The position numbers and the translations under genes were made by a program. From assembly GCF_004010195.1 (NCBI RefSeq), contig NC_057751.1:2244464-2308463 (forward strand): a stretch of 64,000 bases of DNA. The letters run 5' to 3'. The DNA is from Chiloscyllium plagiosum. Its lineage: Eukaryota. Under the pieces are notes generated by a model that was not told the DNA's origin, searched no databases, and was given only the letters and a program-made list of their open reading frames with translations. Below, piece by piece: positions 61,910 to 64,000 of this stretch; position 1 is the first letter of the stretch; every line of letters begins with the position of its first letter.

Positions 61910-62850
61910 TTATGGAACAAGATTGTACAAACCAATACATTTGTGATGTCGAGAAGGGTAAACACAGGAAGGATGTTCCTGATAGCCAGGAAGTCCAAAG
62001 TCAGGGGTGACAGTCCAGTGATTTGGATTATGCTATTGAGGATAAATTTATTTAGGAGAAAGTGAGGTCTGCAGATGCTGGAGATCAGAGATGGAAATGT
62101 GTTGCTGGAAAAGCGCAGCAGGTCAGGCAGCATCTAGGGAACAGGAGAATCGACGTTTCGGGCATTAGCCCTTCTTCAGGAATGAGGAAAGTTGGTCCAG
62201 CAGGCTAGGATAAAAGATAGGGAGGAGGGACTTGGGGGAGGGGCGTCGGAAATGTGATAGGTGGAAAGAGGTCAAGGTGAGGGTGATAGGTCAGACTGGG
62301 GTGGGGGCGGAGAGGTCGGGAAGAAGATTGCAGGTTAGGAAGGCGGTGCTGAGTTCGATGGATTTGACTGAGACAAGGTATTTCCCCTCCCCCCACCTTG
62401 TCTCAGTCAAATCCATCGAATTCAGCACCGCCTTCCTAACCTGCAATCTTCTTCCCGACCTCTCCGCCCCCCCCCCAGTCTGACCTATCACCCTCACCTT
62501 GACCTCTTTCCACCTATCACATTTCCGACGCCCCTCCCCCAAGTCCCTCCTCCCTATCTTTTATCCTAGCCTGCTGGACCAACTTTCCTCATTCCTGAAG
62601 AAGGGCTAATGCCCGAAACGTCGATTCTCCTGTTCCCTAGATGCTGCCTGACCTGCTGCGCTTTTCCAGCGATAAATTTATTTACCCAGTGGATAGTGAT
62701 CCTGTGAAATTTTCTGCTTCCAAACGTGGTAAAGGCAAAAACATTGAATAATTTCAAGGAGGAATAAGACATAGCTCTTGGGGCTAAAGGGATCAGAGGT
62801 TACAGGGAGAAAACAGGAGCAGTGTATTGAGTGGAATGATGTAAATTGAA
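61910..62850 (+). mobile_element. old CR1 3' fragment hosting the 62055-62670 foldback
   Basis: CR1 C-terminal sequence is continuous across the insert. Confidence 0.7.
62055..62670. mobile_element. young PLE foldback: 276-bp inverted arms, two intact hammerhead cores, 14-bp TSD
   Basis: Arms 62104-62379 and 62395-62670 (about 2 mismatches seen); cores at 62152-62179 (minus) and 62595-62622 (plus) read CTGAAGA-AGGGCTAATGCCC-GAAACGTC; TSD GATAAATTTATTTA at 62041-62054 and 62671-62684. Confidence 0.95.
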
Positions 62851-64000
62851 AAAGTGAAAATGCAATTTGAATAATTCTTTTCTGACTGCTTTCATTCATG
62901 GACAAATTAGCCAGTGAGACAGTCACTGCAGGTTCCTTGGCTTCACTCTGTCAGCTTGTGCTGCCTCCTGCCTGAGTCTATCCCAATTTACAAACCTGTT
63001 GTGATATCTGATCTTCCTGTGAGAAACAGCGTGAGGATCACATTGTTCTGTGCAGTCAAGGGTTGATCCTTAATCAAACAGGGAGTTACTAAACCCTCAG
63101 CAGGTATTTGACTGTTTTCTCTGGAAGTACTTCCAGAGAGTTTGGATGATTGTCAATGTTGTAGTGGTTTTAAGGGCCGAAAGATGAATCAGGAGTTGCA
63201 CTAATGCTCTGATTTTTCTGAGGTTCCAATAAAACTCTGTTCTGGTTTCCAGTCTTTGTTATCTCTGCACAACTGTAGGGCGATACATTTATAAACCCAT
63301 CCAAAACCTGAATATGGAGGGTTAAAATCAGAAGACTTAGAACATAGAACAGTATAGCACAGGATCAAGCATTTTGGCCCATCATGATGCTCTTCTAAAT
63401 AATCCCTGCAGATGGTCTTTTTCCCTGGATTTTTTGTCCGATCATGTTATATTTTGATTTTTGAAAATGGCTGCTGTTTGCAAGATCAATCATTTTTGTC
63501 CTTAAATTTTAATTAGAGTCAGGGAATCGTCATGAACAACACACAATTAAGCTTGAAAACTCATTAACAAAAATGCCAGCTTGTGCATGCTGAATACATT
63601 CAAATAGTGTGTTGCAAAAAGATAATACTTAACACTGATAAAAGTTAAAATTCATTTGCCAATTATGCAATATGTTCATATCTCACTGTTGTTGATCATA
63701 GTCTTTTTAGTAGTAGTTATCTCCTCAAATTTTGATACATATTAATCAACCTGATCAGAGATGTACTAACAAACCTCTGGAGCAGGTGGGACTTGAACTT
63801 GGGTCTCCCAGACCAGAGATAGGGAACAGTACCAGTGCACCACAAGATGCCCTCTCCTGAAATTTATTGACCTTCAGACAATGATCTTCAGTTGCTTATT
63901 GTGAAATTCCCTCCATTGTAAGATCAGAAATGGGATGTTCTTTGTTCATTGGACAATGTTCAGCATTGTTAAGAGGCTCCTGTGAAACCAGTCTGCCCTG

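Noticed and set aside
7575..62670. Recurring GATGCTGCCTGACCTGCTG / GCTGGAAAAGC repeats as a CRISPR-like array or DNA-transposon TIRs
   Set aside because: Dispersed and without regular spacers; they are PLE terminal sequences physically linked to GIY-YIG remnants at 9950, 14263 and 22278

Overview
Eukaryotic, repeat-dominated genomic DNA, almost certainly from an elasmobranch (shark). The assignment is inferred from HE1/V-SINE copies, SacSINE1-like DeuSINEs and HER1-type CR1 LINEs. No intact protein-coding gene is recognisable, and every protein-like ORF is a broken piece of a retroelement. Main content: several CR1 LINEs; one Rex1/Babar LINE; a degenerate Gmr1-type Ty3/gypsy provirus (integrase upstream of RT, 54977-61573, minus); several solo LTRs; many Penelope-like element (PLE) fragments carrying minimal hammerhead-ribozyme cores, often as head-to-head foldbacks with 12-17 bp target-site duplications (TSDs); and three SINE families. 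A CpG-island promoter at about 51.1-52.0 kb contains a recent 141-bp tandem duplication and appears to start a spliced, mostly non-coding minus-strand transcript. Most notable: (1) an EN-RT LINE lacking a visible ORF1 whose 5' end is a tRNA-like Pol III head, with a local SINE that looks like its internal-deletion derivative; (2) a population of tiny mobile foldback units built from paired hammerhead cores; (3) multi-level nested insertions; (4) a perfect 20-bp hairpin inside a putative exon. Coordinates were read by eye, so boundaries of old repeats are approximate.
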